A DNA stretch of 64,000 nt from assembly GCA_047967505.1 (NCBI GenBank), contig CM106538.1; one strand, written 5' to 3'. Below the pieces are notes generated by a model. It was not told where the DNA came from. It ran no database searches and saw only the letters and a list, made by a program, of their open reading frames with translations. The DNA is from Dipteris shenzhenensis (lineage: Eukaryota). Shown here in pieces: positions 61,800 to 64,000 of this stretch; position 1 is the stretch's first letter; each line of letters opens with the position of its first letter. Made by a program: the position numbers and the translations under genes.

Positions 61800-62800
61800 C
61801 AGGGGGTCAAACTGTCATGAAAACGGCACCACCCATGCTAATTTCACCCAAGCAAGATGCTCCCTCAAGACCCCACCTTCATCAACGATCCACCACTCAT
61901 AGATTTCTAGAATAGGGTAAGTAACTCCCTTGGTGGCTCGGGAAATGGATGGACCATGTGTGTGCAATGAGCGGCCGAATAGAAAGAACTTTTAAGGCTT
62001 TGAAAGAAAGAAAAGGGAAGAGAGACTCAAGAGAGGGAATACAAAGTGATCTTCATTGTCAATAGAGTGAGACTCCACTCCAATGCAACTCAAAATACTA
62101 TAAACACAAGGGAGAAGAAGAGGTTTCATTCCTACAAGAGGGAGCGGAAGCTCCAAGACTACTCAGAGAGAGAATGAACTAGAAAGAGATGGACTCAAGA
62201 GTCTACATAAGCGAATATCTACAAGAGGGAGAGAAGGCTCATGGAAGAGGATTGAGGAGACTAGAGCTACAACAACATGAGGCCTAATGGTGGAAGAGAT
62301 GATGAACAAGGAAGAGGAGGTCTCCTTTTATAGAGATTTTGTCACCCTCCTCACCCATTTACAATTGCTGCCTGTAGATTCCTTTCCCCATCAATCACAT
62401 AAGCCCGTATGTCACCATCCATGTCCTTTTGGCTACTCTTGCCGTGTGTCCCATCAAAAGATGCTCAAGACTCTTAAAATATTGAGAAAGTCAAGAGTCT
62501 CCCCACATGGAGCCCATAGGGACCCTCTCTTTTCCATATGTCCACATCCTCCTTATTCCACATAGGAATTCTAGAAGGATTCCTCTTGACTCCACACTCT
62601 TCCACATGCCTTCCACACGCTTGGCATGTGGCCTCTCTTATATTATTGGAACACATGGACATGAGCCCACCTCTTTATATGACTCAGTCTTCTATTTTTA
62701 AAAAACCCAATAATATCTTAAAATAACTCTCACCCCATACCAAGGTATTTATAATTCATACCTATGGTATTTACAATGATCCATTCCACTCATTCTCTCA
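61800..62800. mobile_element. Possible LTR-like non-coding retroelement sequence
   Basis: A purine-rich then pyrimidine-rich asymmetric block with a ctccttttatagag TATA-like motif. No termini or PBS were verified. Confidence 0.25.
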
Positions 62801-64000
62801 ATCCCATACAATATCTTAGAATTTAATAGAAATAAGTGAGAGCCGCTAAGCTATCACTTGATACTCAAACTCTTATCAAACATAGAAGAAAACAATACCA
62901 ATGCCAAATAAAAAATATCAATTTTTGGTGTCACAATACCATCTCCCTTTCACCTCTTCCCTCTCCTTCCCATCTCTCCTTTACGCATATAGCCACTCTT
63001 TACCTCCTTTTCACTCATTCCTATGGTTGTGGAGCATGAAGTTGGGTTTTGCTTGTCGCCATGGGGTGGTTTTGAAATCCCACTACAGTTTTGGGGTGGC
63101 TACTGGGATCGAGAGTCTCCTCATGTGCATGGCTTCCTTTTTCTCAAGGAGTCCTTAAGTTCATTACTCCCCCCCCCCTATTGTAAAGGAAACCTTGTTC
63201 TACATTTGTTTTTAACCTTCCATCGACTCTCATTGCATATATTACACTTTATCAAATTCTCATATCCTCTGTGGTAAAGAATGCGATCATTAATTCATGC
63301 ATGGATGACCTCATAGTGTAAACCAATGCTAGAAATGATATTTTTTGCCATGAACATGGAAGCTCATTCTGTTCAGTCAAAAATGGTCCTTGAGAAATTT
63401 TAAAGCTCATTAAGGCTTCTTTATGACCACCCATGAGAAATCTTTAGATAATAAAGCAATAATGTAGAAAATAGCTTACTTTATTTGCATCCCCAATACA
63501 ATGGCTTCTTGACATCTTGCATTAGGGAAAAAATTGCACTTTCATTTGCATCATTTTTTCATTCTTCCACGTGAGTTTCTTCACCACACATGTTCGATAT
63601 AATTATCATTAGCTTTCTCTTTAGATTCAACTAATACTCTATCTGCAACATCAAATCCATTACAAATGATGCTAGAAAGATCCACATCCTAGTCAAGTAC
63701 ATTGTAACCTTTCCTTGCATTTCCTTCATCTATATTGTAACCTTTTCTAGTTAAGTATACCTTCATCTACATTGTAACCTTTTCTTGCATTTCCTTAAAA
63801 AACATGGACATAAAGAACAACTTCAATACTAGTATTCAAGAAAATCCTCAATAGCACCTCAATAAAGAAATCCTTAATAGCAACTTAGAGTACATACAAC
63901 ATGATATATAATACACTAGAGCATGCAAAAACATGTGTGCATCAACATTATATACAAAATGATTGAATATTAAAGTACTAGTATTAAAGAAATCCTCCAT

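Overview
Eukaryotic plant nuclear DNA dominated by transposable elements. Evidence is GT-AG introns, tRNA-Met-primed LTR retroelements and a SERK-type LRR gene; the element mix suggests a non-seed plant such as a fern, which is inference only. From 5328 to about 23051 is a nested stack: Ty1/copia element A sits in a gypsy gag remnant and is interrupted by a same-family element B (TSD ATTAT), which carries a 6.3-kb CACTA element (TSD CTA) and a 694-bp TRIM (TSD CAACA). At about 26224-28847 is a spliced, decaying gene whose motif order resembles the RAG1/Transib transposase core, next to a Sola-like fragment. A second nested copia pair (29740-37743) and a non-autonomous LTR element (39811-42048) follow. 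The one clearly intact host gene (46635-47739, minus strand) has six exons and encodes a secreted LRR protein with SERK-like exon sizes but no transmembrane or kinase domain; a decayed partial duplicate lies beside it. The rest holds gypsy pol, hAT and copia remnants, several tandem arrays and a kinase-domain pseudogene. A 33-bp motif near the kinase region also occurs upstream of the RAG1-like gene. All calls were made by eye, with no database searches.
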